From: Myxococcota bacterium
GTDB lineage: Bacteria > Myxococcota > JACRCW01
Length of the DNA stretch: 26,119 bases
NCBI GenBank assembly: GCA_040752415.1
Contig: JBFMGU010000149.1
Span: 1-26,119 of the forward strand
Direction of reading: 5' to 3'
Positions 25,420-26,119 of the stretch are shown piece by piece. The translations under genes were made by a program, and so were the position numbers. The notes beneath the pieces were generated by a model that had not been told where the DNA came from, did not search any database, and saw only the letters and a list, made by a program, of their open reading frames with translations. Numbering within the stretch: position 1 is the stretch's first letter; every line of letters begins with the position of its first letter.

Positions 25420-25923
25420 CTACGGCCGCACCACTGCCAGGTTCACGTTGCTGATGCCCGCTTCCTCAATGGAGCTCATCACGCGACGGATGGTCCCGTA
25501 GGGCAGCGCGCGGTCCGCCAGCACGTTCACCCCGTCGGCGCCAGTCTCACGCGCGGCCATCAGCCGGTCCCGCAGCGGCGTGATGATGGCTCCCGTCTCG
25601 TCGAGGCGCGCCACGGTGACGCCGTCCACCATCACCACGTCCTGCACCAGCGTGACCGAGGGAAGCGCGGCGGGGTCGTCGGCGTGGCGCGCCACGGGGA
25701 GGCTGAGGTGCTTGGAGGACATCAGGCTCTCGTCGCCGGAGCCGAAGCTCTGCATCAGGTACACCACGAGCAGCGTGAACATGTCGACCATCGGGGTGAG
25801 CATCAGTCCGTCGTCACCACGGCGACGAGGTACCGCACTGCCGCCCAGCACCCGGGAGCGACGCATCCGCGGTCCGGGCCGATAGCCTGGCGGTTGGAAG
25901 GACACGGCGGGAATGAGGCGCAT
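25420..25923 (-). CDS. ExbD/TolR (AglS-like) family protein
   Basis: LTPMVDMFTLLVVYL TM helix with conserved Asp; ADRALPYGTIRRVM...AG...NLAV. GGAGG RBS before ATG 25923. Confidence 0.88.
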   Translation of the reverse strand: MRLIPAVSFQPPGYRPGPRMRRSRVLGGSAVPRRRGDDGLMLTPMVDMFTLLVVYLMQSFGSGDESLMSSKHLSLPVARHADDPAALPSVTLVQDVVMVDGVTVARLDETGAIITPLRDRLMAARETGADGVNVLADRALPYGTIRRVMSSIEEAGISNVNLAVVRP

Positions 25924-26017
25924 GCAGACCTCCGTGAGCAGGTCCGACAACGCCACCTCGATCTGGTTCCGGTAGGGAGATCCACGGCGCGCCCGAGGGA
26001 GGGGGCGCATCACGAGG

Positions 26018-26119
26018 TCACTTCTTCTTGCCCTTCTTGCCCTTCTTGGCGGCGGCTTCCTCGGCGGCCTTCTTCGCGGCCTCTTCCTCGGCAGCCTTCT
26101 TCGCCGCTTCCTCCTCGGC
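26018..26119 (-). CDS. 3' end of a gene with an Ala/Glu/Lys repeat tail; partial
   Basis: Reads AEEEAAKKAAEEEAAKKAAEEAAAKKGKKGKKK*, stop at 26018-26020. Confidence 0.75.
   Translation of the reverse strand, partial: AEEEAAKKAAEEEAAKKAAEEAAAKKGKKGKKK

Overview
High-GC bacterial window; gene content and the Ser/Gly- and Cys-rich lipoproteins suggest Myxococcota (inference). About 25 genes; no rRNA, tRNA, CRISPR array or mobile element seen. Left half is cell-envelope related: a partial AgmC-like lipoprotein, an EEP-family lipoprotein, a translationally coupled minus-strand operon (NodU/CmcH carbamoyltransferase, SxtJ-like membrane protein, 49-aa SxtK/DUF5989-like peptide, membrane SGNH protein), a Cys-rich lipoprotein, a second carbamoyltransferase, CHAD and methyltransferase genes, and a large Ig-repeat lipoprotein. 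Right half is mostly housekeeping: chrA, a CMD/AhpD protein, rsmD, coaD, AlgH-like, BON, a cupredoxin-like/cyoE/ABC-2 operon and an ExbD-like gene. Most striking: the 49-aa single-TM peptide (missed by the ORF track) ends in FIYTLF, matching the tyrosine acyl-shuttle motif of DltX/PatA/AlgI, and is coupled to an SGNH enzyme. This suggests a Dlt-like relay that moves carbamoyl groups to an envelope polymer without an MBOAT (hypothesis).
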